Shown here: positions 27,682 through 36,717 of the stretch, one piece after another
How the letters are laid out: the number at the start of each line of letters is the position of its first letter
Position numbering within the stretch: position 1 is the first letter of the stretch
NCBI GenBank assembly: GCA_964565345.1
Contig: CAZMEQ010000004.1
Coordinates: forward strand, 2,873-66,872
Length of the DNA: 64,000 nt
Source: an uncultured Gammaproteobacteria bacterium
Lineage (GTDB): Bacteria > Patescibacteriota > Patescibacteriia > UBA11705 > JABHMO01
Direction of reading: 5' to 3'
Made by a program: the position numbers and the translations under genes
The notes under the pieces: model-generated
The model's database searches: none
The model's input: the letters and a program-made list of their open reading frames with translations, nothing else
What the model was told of the DNA's origin: nothing

Positions 27682-28269
27682 ATGGAAAGATCATTTGTTA
27701 TTATCAAGCCAGATGGAGTCCAACGCGGACTGATGGGTGAAATTATTAAACGTTTTGAACGCACAGGTTTAAAGTTTGTGGCCTTTAAATTTTTAGTCCC
27801 CGAGGCTGATACTTGTTGGAAACATTATAATAAAGATGAAAAATGGTTTTTAGAAAAAGGGACTCGAATTTTATCGGAAAGACAATTAGCTGGTTTACCA
27901 GTTGATAAGGAAGCAATTGAATACGGTAAAGACATTGTTAATCAACTAGTAAAGTTCATGACTAGCGGTCCAGTTTTAGCGATGATTTTAGAAGGCAATC
28001 AAGCCGTTGGTATTGTCAAAAAGCTAGTTGGTGGAACCGAGCCATTAACTTCTGACGTGGGAACGATTCGTGGAGACTTTACTCTTGATTCTTATAGTCT
28101 TTCTGGAACTAGTGGTCGCGCAGTGCGTAATTTAATTCATTGTTCAGATAAACCAGAAGAAGCGGAACGCGAAATTGGACTTTGGTTTAAACCAGAAGAA
28201 ATTGTAAAGTACAATGTGATTCAAGAAAAAGTTTTATATGATGTTAATTTAGACGGAATTTTAGAATAA
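27682..28269 (+). CDS. ndk: Nucleoside-diphosphate kinase
   Basis: IIKPDGVQRGL, FMTSGPV, GTIRGDF, RNLIHCSD. Confidence 0.95.
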   Translation: MERSFVIIKPDGVQRGLMGEIIKRFERTGLKFVAFKFLVPEADTCWKHYNKDEKWFLEKGTRILSERQLAGLPVDKEAIEYGKDIVNQLVKFMTSGPVLAMILEGNQAVGIVKKLVGGTEPLTSDVGTIRGDFTLDSYSLSGTSGRAVRNLIHCSDKPEEAEREIGLWFKPEEIVKYNVIQEKVLYDVNLDGILE

Positions 28270-28394
28270 ATTTTAAAAACCTGTCGCACTTCGGCTAGCT
28301 CAGTGTGACAGGTTTTTTTATTGAACATTTTTTGATTTTATTGTAAGCTCTGCTCAGAGTTTCAGGTGGTCATAATCGACAAAGGAGGCCGTTC

Positions 28395-29399
28395 ATGTTA
28401 GATCGCGTGGGTATAGTTGCCAACACTAAGGCGCGTTCAGGTTATCAGGGTTTCGCTCCGATCATGGACGAAATCCACGCGCGTGGCTGGCACGAAACGC
28501 GCGTATTCTACTGCTTGCCAGACTCGGTTTCCAAGCTCTCGCATGATCTTATCGAGCTCGTCGAGGGACACAAGGTTCAGTTGCTCTTTGTTTACGGTGG
28601 AGATGGCACCTTGCACAAGGTGATCGATATCCTCATCTATGAACAGGAGCGTGGACAGATCAAGACTATTCCGCCCATTGTCACCTTGGGTGGAGGGACG
28701 CAGAAGGCGCTGTTCCAGTGGTTGGGCTGGGGCAAGGGGGTCTTCTTGCACGAGCCACCGCTGAAGATCTTCCGTCGTGTCATGGCTGCTTCGTTCGAAC
28801 ACCTTCCGCGACGTAAGATGCGCCCGCTCGCCATCACTTTCCACAATTCTCGCAAAGGGAGAGTGGAAACCCATTACGGGTTCATTTTCATCATGGGTGC
28901 CATGGCGCGCGTCATCCAGCTATACGACGCTGGGGGCAAGTCGCCACTGACAGGTCTCAAGCACATCGGGTTTGGCATTATTGGCTCATTACTGCGAGTG
29001 CCAAGATCTCACGCTGCGTTGACAGATCAGTTTCAGGCAAATCAGTGGGCTGATGATGTCCTCTTGCCACGTCGTGACCCTCTGGCCGTAGTTTGCAGCG
29101 TGACGCACAGTTTGCTTTTCGGCATCGAACCTTTCCGGGGATCAGCCGAGAGCAATCAGTTCTACGCTGCTAGCTACGCTGTGCCAGCTTCGATTCTTTC
29201 CGCTCTCGTACCGGTAGAGTGGCGGGGGACTGTCGTTCCTCCGGGTGATCGATTCTTTAACCAGCCGGTCTTCTCCTTTAGTGTCCAACCGGACCATGAA
29301 GGATCCTTCTTCGTTGATGGGGATTTCTTCTTCAACACGCCGGGCGAGAAGTTGACCGTTAGTCTGGGCCCTGAGCTCGAGCTAGTTTCTCACTTCTAG
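28395..29399 (+). CDS. Diacylglycerol kinase family protein (GC-rich islet)
   Basis: YGGDGTL, LGGGT, VDGD; AAGGAGG SD; terminator at 29406-29440. Confidence 0.75.
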   Translation: MLDRVGIVANTKARSGYQGFAPIMDEIHARGWHETRVFYCLPDSVSKLSHDLIELVEGHKVQLLFVYGGDGTLHKVIDILIYEQERGQIKTIPPIVTLGGGTQKALFQWLGWGKGVFLHEPPLKIFRRVMAASFEHLPRRKMRPLAITFHNSRKGRVETHYGFIFIMGAMARVIQLYDAGGKSPLTGLKHIGFGIIGSLLRVPRSHAALTDQFQANQWADDVLLPRRDPLAVVCSVTHSLLFGIEPFRGSAESNQFYAASYAVPASILSALVPVEWRGTVVPPGDRFFNQPVFSFSVQPDHEGSFFVDGDFFFNTPGEKLTVSLGPELELVSHF

Positions 29400-29468
29400 T
29401 CATGACTCCTCACTGCGCACCGCGGTGAGGAGATTTTTTTATTAAATTTTTTTTGATATAATTAATAT

Positions 29469-29593
29469 ACCAGAGATGCTGGTGCAATTTCGGGTCAACA
29501 TTATTTCTTGGGAATTCTATATTTCATTAGTCCGAGGATTAGTGGTGCGATATCCCACGTGGCGTTCAGCCGGAATAATGACCAGCCTCTGGT
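29469..29593 (+). ncRNA. Putative ~125-nt structured small RNA, family unidentified
   Basis: TGaTATAAT directly upstream; ends pair (ACCAGAG..GCTGGT..ATTTCGG with CCGGAAT..ACCAGC-CTCTGGT); internal hairpin; T-tract. Confidence 0.5.
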
Positions 29594-29733
29594 TTTTGAT
29601 TTGCGAGCAGGTTCTAAAAGACATACGTTTACCCCGTACCCAGTAATCTGTGGTGCGGGGAAGCAATCAGTAAAACCAGTTTCATAATATAAAAAAATAG
29701 GCCCCCACCGCGTGTGTGCGGTAGGGGCAGGGG

Positions 29734-30369
29734 CTAGGCGCCGAGCGTCATGTTGTGGCGTCGATGCGCGTTCTGGAGGCCGGGCGTCGGTATCCGTGGT
29801 TCTGGACGGCGGGCGGCCTCACGGTCGTCGGGGGCGTTGTTGCCGCGGATCTTGTCCATCCACTCCTGCAGAGTGCAGGGCAAGATGGCGACCTGCTTGG
29901 GCCACTCGACCGGCTCCTTGTCCGGGGCGGGGTTCAGCGGGGTGTCCCGTTGTTCTTCGAGGACAGTCTCCTGGCCGATGAGGGGCAGGTACTGATCCAC
30001 GCGAACGTAGCGGACGACCGGCGATTGGTAGTACCAGCCGATGTCGCTCTGCGGGTCGTACTTGACGACCGGGACTTCGTGTTGGGTCAGCTTGAGGTAC
30101 ATGGTCAGGTAGGGGGGGATCGGATCTCCGTAGTCCACGAACTCGAAGTCCAACAGTTTGTTATTGGCGTCGTAGACGGCCAAGGCGATCGGCGGAGTTG
30201 CAGGCAGGACGTTGATGTCGCCCGCAGTGAACTGCAGCGTGATGTCCGGGGGGAGCTGGGTCTGCGTTGTCTCGGCCTTGGTACTTGTGGCCTGGAAAGC
30301 GAACAGGGCAGCAAAGGACCAGGGGAAGCCGAGCACGAAGATGCCGAGCAAACGAATGAACCGTTTCAT
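29734..30369 (-). CDS. Secreted/membrane hypothetical protein (GC-rich islet)
   Basis: GGAGG SD before ATG 30369; signal-like MKRFIRLLGIFVLGF; TTGACA-17-TAATCT promoter; terminator at ~29691-29728. Confidence 0.65.
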   Translation of the reverse strand: MKRFIRLLGIFVLGFPWSFAALFAFQATSTKAETTQTQLPPDITLQFTAGDINVLPATPPIALAVYDANNKLLDFEFVDYGDPIPPYLTMYLKLTQHEVPVVKYDPQSDIGWYYQSPVVRYVRVDQYLPLIGQETVLEEQRDTPLNPAPDKEPVEWPKQVAILPCTLQEWMDKIRGNNAPDDREAARRPEPRIPTPGLQNAHRRHNMTLGA

Positions 30370-30502
30370 GGGTGCCTCCAAAGAGTTATTGTACTCAGGA
30401 CTACAAGAGATTAGCATTTTGGCTAAATTTTGTCAATATTAATTTTATTTTATGATTGCTGCTTTCCCTAAATTTTGCTATTATTTTAGCAATTCAGAAT
30501 AT

Positions 30503-31171
30503 ATGCCATCAAATTTTGTAAAAACTTTTTGGAAGGGTTTAACAACTGGACTTATACTTCAATTAGCCATAGGTCCTGTTTTTATATTTCTTGTTAACTT
30601 AACACTGCAAAAGACATTTTGGCATGGTTTGGTTGCTCTGTGTGCTGTAAATCTAGTAGATTATTTTTATATTTTGGTTGCTATTTTAGGCTTAGGTAAA
30701 ATATTAACTAAACCTCGAGTAAGCACACCTATTGGTATTTTGGGATCAGCGGTGCTAATTTTATTTGGACTAATCACGGTATTTAATGGCTTTAGTAATT
30801 TTTCTGGGCCGACTATGATTATTAGTTCTGATAGTTTTGGATCGAGCTTTATCGCTGCTTTTATAATTACTATTTCCAGTCCTCTTGCAATAGTTTTTTT
30901 TACTGGAGTTTTTGCTGCCAAGGCGATAGAAAATAAATTTACCAAAAAAGAATTATATGTTTTTGGTTTATCAACTGGATTGGCGACATTCTTATTTATG
31001 GGAACAGTAATTGTTTTGGTTTCTTTAATCCGGGGAACACTGCCTATTGTTGTGGTTAGGTTATTAAATGTTGTAGTGGGTATTTTGTTAGTTACTTATG
31101 GGGTAGTGCGATTATATAAATTGTTAAGAAGAAAAGAAGTTGCTATAACATTAAATAGTTCCGGGGATTAG
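30503..31171 (+). CDS. LysE family translocator
   Basis: GLILQLAIGPV, ITISSPLAIVFF, six hydrophobic segments. Confidence 0.85.
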   Translation: MPSNFVKTFWKGLTTGLILQLAIGPVFIFLVNLTLQKTFWHGLVALCAVNLVDYFYILVAILGLGKILTKPRVSTPIGILGSAVLILFGLITVFNGFSNFSGPTMIISSDSFGSSFIAAFIITISSPLAIVFFTGVFAAKAIENKFTKKELYVFGLSTGLATFLFMGTVIVLVSLIRGTLPIVVVRLLNVVVGILLVTYGVVRLYKLLRRKEVAITLNSSGD

Positions 31172-31330
31172 CGCAGTTGGCTTAGCGCGCTACGTTCGGC
31201 CTGCCCGCCGTGCCGGGGATTAGCGCAGTTGGCTAGCGCGCTACGTTCGGGACGTAGAGGTCGCCAGTTCAAGTCTGGTATCCCCGACACGTCGACGGCA
31301 GGCGGGGACGCTGAGGTTGTGGGTTCGAGC
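31162..31330 (+). pseudogene. Interrupted tRNA-Pro copy (5' half 31162-31199, degenerate 3' half ~31306-31330)
   Basis: 5' half matches the inner tRNA except for one extra T; 3' remnant GGACGCTGAGGTTGTGGGTTCGAG. Confidence 0.65.
31214..31287 (+). tRNA. tRNA-Pro(CGG)
   Basis: CGGGGAT/ATCCCCG acceptor; CTACG-TT CGG GA-CGTAG; GCCAG-TTCAAGT-CTGGT; no encoded CCA. Confidence 0.93.
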
Positions 31331-31392
31331 TTTGTTCAGCAATTGCGACCATAAAGCGGAACCTATTTATTCTTACCCTTGGTATTTAAATT

Positions 31393-32031
31393 ATGACAAT
31401 TTGGGATAAAATTTATAAAGATTTTTTGGGTGGAGGCCAAGCTTGGGCGACTTTATCAGAAGAGATAGATTCGAGGTTTAAAGGTTTTATTAATAAAAAG
31501 ACATTCAAACAAAAAAGTGTTCTTGATATTGGTTGTGGGACAGGTAAGTATTTAAGATTTTTGCAGCAGGCGGGATTTAAAGTTACGGGAATTGATTCAA
31601 GCAAAACAGCAGTAAGCATGTCAAAAGAATCTTTAGGCAATGAAGCTGATATCTTTTGCGTTAGTATGTTCGACTTTGAGATTGCTCCAAATACATTTGA
31701 TTTAATCATTTCTATTTCTACAATACACCATGGGACAAAAGATCAAGTAAAACAGCTTATCGAAAAAGTTTACAGAGCGTTAATTGAAGGAGGAAAAATT
31801 TTCATAACGCTTCCAGATTTTGAGAGTGGCAAAAAATGGCACACTTTTAAAGAGCATCAAGAAATTGCCCCCGGGACATATGCACCGTTATCGGGTCCAG
31901 AAAAAGGTCTGGCACATAGTTTTTACACAAAAGTGGAAGTCGAACAGTTGTTTGCAAGTTTTTCTGAGGTTATGCTTGAACTGGATGAAAAAGGGCGGTG
32001 GTTTGTAACCGCTGTAAAATCGTGTAGCTAA
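31393..32031 (+). CDS. Class I SAM-dependent methyltransferase
   Basis: VLDIGCGTG, GIDSS, FDLII, GGKIFI. Confidence 0.9.
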   Translation: MTIWDKIYKDFLGGGQAWATLSEEIDSRFKGFINKKTFKQKSVLDIGCGTGKYLRFLQQAGFKVTGIDSSKTAVSMSKESLGNEADIFCVSMFDFEIAPNTFDLIISISTIHHGTKDQVKQLIEKVYRALIEGGKIFITLPDFESGKKWHTFKEHQEIAPGTYAPLSGPEKGLAHSFYTKVEVEQLFASFSEVMLELDEKGRWFVTAVKSCS

Positions 32032-32068
32032 TAATTTTAAAATTAATCAAACGCCAAAAATAAAAAAT

Positions 32069-32707
32069 ATGGAAATTCTATCTTTCCTTCTGCATATAGA
32101 TAAATATTTAATGGATGTTATTAGTTTTTTTGGAAACTGGACCTATGTTTTGTTGTTTATAGTTATTTTTGCTGAAACAGGATTAGTTGTCACTCCATTT
32201 TTACCAGGCGACTCTCTTCTTTTTGCTGTTGGGACCTTTGCTGGTGGGGGGCTACTTAATTTAGTAACATCGTATTTAACATTATTGGCAGCCGCTATCT
32301 TGGGCGATACTGTTAACTATTGGGTCGGTCATTATATAGGTCCTAAAGTTTTTAAAAATGAAACTTCCAAATTTTTTAAAAAGGAATACTTAAAAAAGAC
32401 GCGCACTTTTTACGATAAATATGGCGGGAAAACTATCATTATCGCTAGATTCTTGCCGATAATTAGAACTTTTGCTCCTTTTGTCGCTGGAGTTGGAAGA
32501 ATGAATTACAGTAAATTCTTTTTGTATAATGTTGTTGGTGGTTTTGTGTGGGTTAGTGCCTTGGTTTTGGCGGGATTCTTTTTGGGTGGGTTACCTTTTA
32601 TTAAAGAAAATTTTGAATATGCGATATTTATCATTATTGTTTTATCATTGTTGCCCGGTTTTGTAGAGTATATTAAATATAAAAAAGGACCAAAAAATAT
32701 AAAATAA
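32069..32707 (+). CDS. DedA family membrane protein
   Basis: FAETGLVVTPFLPGDSLLF, ARFLPIIRTFAPFVAG. Confidence 0.95.
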   Translation: MEILSFLLHIDKYLMDVISFFGNWTYVLLFIVIFAETGLVVTPFLPGDSLLFAVGTFAGGGLLNLVTSYLTLLAAAILGDTVNYWVGHYIGPKVFKNETSKFFKKEYLKKTRTFYDKYGGKTIIIARFLPIIRTFAPFVAGVGRMNYSKFFLYNVVGGFVWVSALVLAGFFLGGLPFIKENFEYAIFIIIVLSLLPGFVEYIKYKKGPKNIK

Positions 32708-33709
32708 ATGCAACACGTTTACCACATAGACAAAAATTTTAAAACACTCAACACTCGGTTTGCGATTTTAAAGTTAATCCGTGAATTTTTGTGGCAAGAA
32801 AAGTTTATTGAAATTGAGGCACCCATAATTGTCCGATTGCCGGGCCAAGAGCCAAACATCCAACCGATTCCAGTGATCGTTCAAGATGACAAGAAGAAAA
32901 AGTTTAAAGGATTTTTACATACCTCCCCTGAATATAGCATGAAAAAAATGCTAGCGACTGGTTTTGAGAAAATATTTTATCTCGGTAAATGTTTTCGCGA
33001 CGAGGAAAGCTTTGGGGGAACGCATAATCCAGAGTTCACTATGCTTGAGTGGTACCGCCAGAATGCCAGTTATTTTGATTTAATGAATGATTTGGAAAAT
33101 TTGAGTAAATTCATTAACAAAAAATTAAAATTTAATAACAAAGATATTAATAAAAAATGGGTGCGTTTGACAATGCGCCAGGTTTGGAAAAAATATGTAA
33201 GTGTTGATTTAGATGATTGTTTGGAACAAAAGGCAATGTATACTCTGTGCAAAAAATTATGCTATAAACCGAAAAAAACAGAAGAGTACGAAGAACTTTT
33301 TTATCGAATATTTTTAAATAAGATTGAGCCGTTTATCGGGCAGGACGTTCCGACTATTATTTATGAGTTCCCTAAATGCATGGCTTCCTTATCAAAACAA
33401 ACTAAGGACGGCAAGTACGCGGAACGTTTTGAGTTGTATTATAAAGGAATTGAATTGGCCAATGTTTATACGGAGTTAAATGAGGCTGAGGAACAAAAGT
33501 CACGTTTAGTAAACGAACGTAAAGTCCGGAGTAAAAATGGTAGTTTGGTTTATGATATTGATGAAGAATTTATTGACGCTCTAAGGGCTGGAATCGGGAA
33601 TTGTGCCGGTGGAGCGTTGGGCGTGGATCGACTTGTTATGATCTTTACCATGGACAAAAATATAGATAATGTGCTAGGGTTACCTATGTCAAAGATATTC
33701 AATAAATAA
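32708..33709 (+). CDS. epmA: EF-P lysine aminoacylase EpmA (GenX/PoxA)
   Basis: LysRS catalytic domain without anticodon-binding domain: LHTSPEYSMKK, HNPEFTMLEWY, ERFELY, ALGVDRL; adjacent to efp. Confidence 0.92.
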   Translation: MQHVYHIDKNFKTLNTRFAILKLIREFLWQEKFIEIEAPIIVRLPGQEPNIQPIPVIVQDDKKKKFKGFLHTSPEYSMKKMLATGFEKIFYLGKCFRDEESFGGTHNPEFTMLEWYRQNASYFDLMNDLENLSKFINKKLKFNNKDINKKWVRLTMRQVWKKYVSVDLDDCLEQKAMYTLCKKLCYKPKKTEEYEELFYRIFLNKIEPFIGQDVPTIIYEFPKCMASLSKQTKDGKYAERFELYYKGIELANVYTELNEAEEQKSRLVNERKVRSKNGSLVYDIDEEFIDALRAGIGNCAGGALGVDRLVMIFTMDKNIDNVLGLPMSKIFNK

Positions 33710-33718
33710 TGAAAAAAT

Positions 33719-34291
33719 ATGGCAGGATCAATTTCAGAAGTAAAAAAGGGTTGCGTTATTAAGCATCAAGGAGATCTTTTTTTGGTTACAGATTCTCGTT
33801 TTACTAATCCAGGCAAGGGGTCACCTTTTGTCACGGCAAAAATGAAAAGCATTACTAAGGGTAAAACGATTGAAATGACCTATAAGCCAGTTGATGATAT
33901 CGAGATTGTTGAAGTTCAAAATCAACGTCTTCAATATTTGTATAAAAATGGAACATTTTATTCTTTCATGAATAATGACACCTACGAAACTTATGAACTA
34001 GAGGAGGAACTTGTAGGGGATACAGGGAAGTATTTGAAAGATGGCATGGAAGTTTATGGTGTTATGTACGAAGATCGAGTAATCGCGATTAGCATTGCTC
34101 CAAAGATGCAATATAAAGTGGTGGATGCTCCGCCAGCTGTTAAGGGTGACACCGCTAGCTCTGGCCGATTATTAAAAGAAGTCACTTTAGAAAATGGATT
34201 AATAGTTAAAGCTCCAATTTTTATCAAAACAGGCGAAACAATACTTATCAATACAGATACAGGTGAATATTGCGAAAGAATCAATGAATAA
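33719..34291 (+). CDS. efp: Elongation factor P
   Basis: NPGKG loop, QYLY, PPAVKGDTA, PIFIKTGE. Confidence 0.97.
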   Translation: MAGSISEVKKGCVIKHQGDLFLVTDSRFTNPGKGSPFVTAKMKSITKGKTIEMTYKPVDDIEIVEVQNQRLQYLYKNGTFYSFMNNDTYETYELEEELVGDTGKYLKDGMEVYGVMYEDRVIAISIAPKMQYKVVDAPPAVKGDTASSGRLLKEVTLENGLIVKAPIFIKTGETILINTDTGEYCERINE

Positions 34292-34429
34292 AGCGAAAAA
34301 CGACCCAAAGTTTCTGGGTCGTTTTGATTTCAGCTCGCATTGAAATTATCGCCGAAGTATGATACTTTTATGTTCAGAATAGTATCGATTTAGGACTTGC
34401 CGCGAAGTCAGGCAAGGCCTGTACTTCGC

Positions 34430-34514
34430 GGGCACGTGGTGGAATTGGTATACACGTACGTTTCAGAAGCGTATGGGGAAACCCATGAGAGTTCAAATCT
34501 CTCCGCGCCCACCA
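34430..34514 (+). tRNA. tRNA-Leu(CAG)
   Basis: TGGTGGAATTGGTATACAC D-arm; TACGT-TT CAG AA-GCGTA; variable arm GGG-GAAA-CCC; GAGAG-TTCAAAT-CTCTC; ACCA end. Confidence 0.93.
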
Positions 34515-34564
34515 TTCTTCTCCACCGTTGGCGGATTCGAATGGCGAGCCATAAAATTAACCTT

Positions 34565-34620
34565 TTGTTTCTTTACTTTCTTACTTTCTTGTTTCTTTGT
34601 TTAATTGTTTGTTTATTCTT
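34565..34620 (+). repeat. Degenerate 8-mer tandem repeat (x7)
   Basis: TTGTTTCT TTACTTTC TTACTTTC TTGTTTCT TTGTTTAA TTGTTTGT TTATTCTT. Confidence 0.55.
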
Positions 34621-34621
34621 T

Positions 34622-35215
34622 ATGTATACGGAATTCGAAGCGACAATTTTAGACATCAAAAAAGATGATTTAAGAAAGCGCTTAAAAAAAGTCGGCGCTA
34701 AATTAATTTATAAAGAAAGATTAATGCGTCGTTATATTTTTGCGCCCTTTCAAGGCGGGGAGATACATGGTAAATGGATACGCATCCGTGACGAGGGGGA
34801 TAAAATAACCATGAGTATCAAAATCGTTTCTGGTAAAAAAATATCAGATCAAAAAGAAATCTGTTTGCAGGTTGATAGTTTTGAAGAAGGCTATGATTTT
34901 TTAAAACAACTTGGCTTGAAGCAAAAGGCTTATCAAGAAACTAAGCGCGAGCTTTGGACCTTTGGCGGCACAGAGATAACGATTGATACCTGGCCGGGTT
35001 TAGAGCCGTTTATGGAAGTGGAAGGTAAAAATGAGAAAAGCGTTAAAATGGTGGTCAAAAAGCTGGGCTATGATTATTCTAAGGCTGTTTTTGGAGCTGT
35101 AGATTTAATTTATAATATAAAATTGGGAATTCCCATGGATGTAATTAATAATAAAACTCCATTGTTATCTTTTAAAAATCCAGTTAAAAAATATGTTAAG
35201 AAAAAAACAAAATAA
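34622..35215 (+). CDS. CYTH domain protein
   Basis: MYTEFEA, WIRIRDEG, ETKRELW, IDTWPGL, EVEG; true start probably 34622. Confidence 0.85.
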   Translation: MYTEFEATILDIKKDDLRKRLKKVGAKLIYKERLMRRYIFAPFQGGEIHGKWIRIRDEGDKITMSIKIVSGKKISDQKEICLQVDSFEEGYDFLKQLGLKQKAYQETKRELWTFGGTEITIDTWPGLEPFMEVEGKNEKSVKMVVKKLGYDYSKAVFGAVDLIYNIKLGIPMDVINNKTPLLSFKNPVKKYVKKKTK

Positions 35216-35810
35216 TTTAAAGCAAATTGCGAATTTTATTTATGAAAGTGGCGTTCTTAGCAAGATGCCCCGTTCTGGGCTTTGGTTTTTAGGTACTGGT
35301 CGACAAAGTGTTGCAGAACACAGCTTAAGAGTAACTTATATTGGTTATGCACTGGCTTCCATGACACCTAAGGTAAATTTGGAAAGAGTAGTTTTAATGT
35401 GTTTGTTCCATGATTTAGCCGAGGGGCGGACTTCTGATTTGAATTACGTCCACCAAAAATATGGAAAATTAGCCGAAGCACAGGCTTTTGCGGATATTGC
35501 TCAAGCGGTTCCTTTTGGTGATAAAATACTCGGATATTTTACAGAATTTGAAGAACGCAAATCCATCGAGGCTAAATTGACCAAGGATGCAGATCAGTTG
35601 GAATGGATTGCTACTTTAAGAGATGAGGAAACAAAAGGAAATATTAAGGCTAAGGCCTGGTCTAAGTTAGCTTATGAAAGATTAAAAACCCCAGCTGGCC
35701 AAAAACTCGGTAAAATTTTGCTAAGTACCCATCCAGATGATTGGTGGTTTAGTGCCAAAGACGCCTGGTTTGTGGATCGTAAACAAAAAGATCAAAAATG
35801 GAAAAAATAA
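35193..35810 (+). CDS. HD-domain hydrolase (YfbR-like)
   Basis: PRSG, SVAEHS, LFHDLAE, KDADQLE. Confidence 0.88.
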   Translation: MLRKKQNNLKQIANFIYESGVLSKMPRSGLWFLGTGRQSVAEHSLRVTYIGYALASMTPKVNLERVVLMCLFHDLAEGRTSDLNYVHQKYGKLAEAQAFADIAQAVPFGDKILGYFTEFEERKSIEAKLTKDADQLEWIATLRDEETKGNIKAKAWSKLAYERLKTPAGQKLGKILLSTHPDDWWFSAKDAWFVDRKQKDQKWKK

Positions 35811-35811
35811 T

Positions 35812-36621
35812 ATGGCGAAAAGAAAAACATTAGGTTTAGCATTGGGTAGTGGTGGACCAAAAGGTTTAATTCATGTTGGGGTCATTAAGGAATTAGTTAA
35901 AAATAAAATTCCCATCGATTTTATTGCTGGTACGAGTGTGGGTGCTTGGGTCGGGGCGCATTATGCCTTAAATCAAGACATTCAATTATTGGAGGAATTG
36001 ACAGTTCAGCGTCGTTTAAGTAAGTTAGTTGCATTAATTGACCCTACTTTTAAGGGAGGTTTTGTTGGAGGCGAGAAAGTAAAAAAACTTTTAGGGAGCT
36101 GGCTGGATAATAAAAAATTTGCGGAAACAAAAATCCCTTTTCGCTGTGTCGCAACAGATATTGTCTCTGGAAAGGAAAAAATTTTTTCCCAAGGGTTGAT
36201 AGTTCCAGCCGTACAAGCAAGTATGGCCATTCCTTCTCTTTTTCGTCCGGTCCAAATACAAGGGAAATTTTACGTTGATGGCGGAATTATTGATCCAGTG
36301 CCTGATGAGGTGGTCAGAGCCATGGGTGCTGATGTGGTTTTGTCTGTGAATCTTGATAATTGCAAAACGAAAAAAGGTTTTTCAATAAAAAATATTACGT
36401 CAATAACTAACGTGGCTGGTCGTTCCGTAGAGATTATGCGTCACTATTTGGCGGAGTTTGGCACGGTTAGTTCAGACTTTATTATTCAACCGCAAATGAA
36501 AGATCACGAACCACTTATTTGGAAGGATTACTTTTTAGGAAAATATGGTCCAGAGTTAGTAAAGACGGGTGAGAAAGAAACTCGTAAGTTGATTAGCTCC
36601 TTGAAGAGTGTCTTGAAATAG
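35812..36621 (+). CDS. Patatin-like phospholipase
   Basis: LALGSGG, GTSVG nucleophile elbow, ASMAIP, VDGG. Confidence 0.92.
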   Translation: MAKRKTLGLALGSGGPKGLIHVGVIKELVKNKIPIDFIAGTSVGAWVGAHYALNQDIQLLEELTVQRRLSKLVALIDPTFKGGFVGGEKVKKLLGSWLDNKKFAETKIPFRCVATDIVSGKEKIFSQGLIVPAVQASMAIPSLFRPVQIQGKFYVDGGIIDPVPDEVVRAMGADVVLSVNLDNCKTKKGFSIKNITSITNVAGRSVEIMRHYLAEFGTVSSDFIIQPQMKDHEPLIWKDYFLGKYGPELVKTGEKETRKLISSLKSVLK

Positions 36622-36643
36622 AAAATTCTGAAAATTTTTTTGT

Positions 36644-36717
36644 CGGGCTATAGCGCAGTTGGCTAGCGCGCATGCATGGGGTGCATGAGGTCGCGAGTTC
36701 GAGTCTCGCTAGCCCGA
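36644..36717 (+). tRNA. tRNA-Pro(GGG)
   Basis: CGGGCTA/TAGCCCG acceptor; CATGC-AT GGG GT-GCATG; GCGAG-TTCGAGT-CTCGC; no encoded CCA. Confidence 0.93.

Noticed and set aside
9913-30369. Integron cassettes as the explanation for the GC-rich islets
   Set aside because: Islets are dispersed on both strands, most have their own promoters, their hairpins look like terminators rather than attC sites, and no integrase is present.
34397-34621. N-terminal extension of the CYTH ORF
   Set aside because: Reads through tRNA-Leu and a repeat tract; the CYTH motif begins at ATG 34622.
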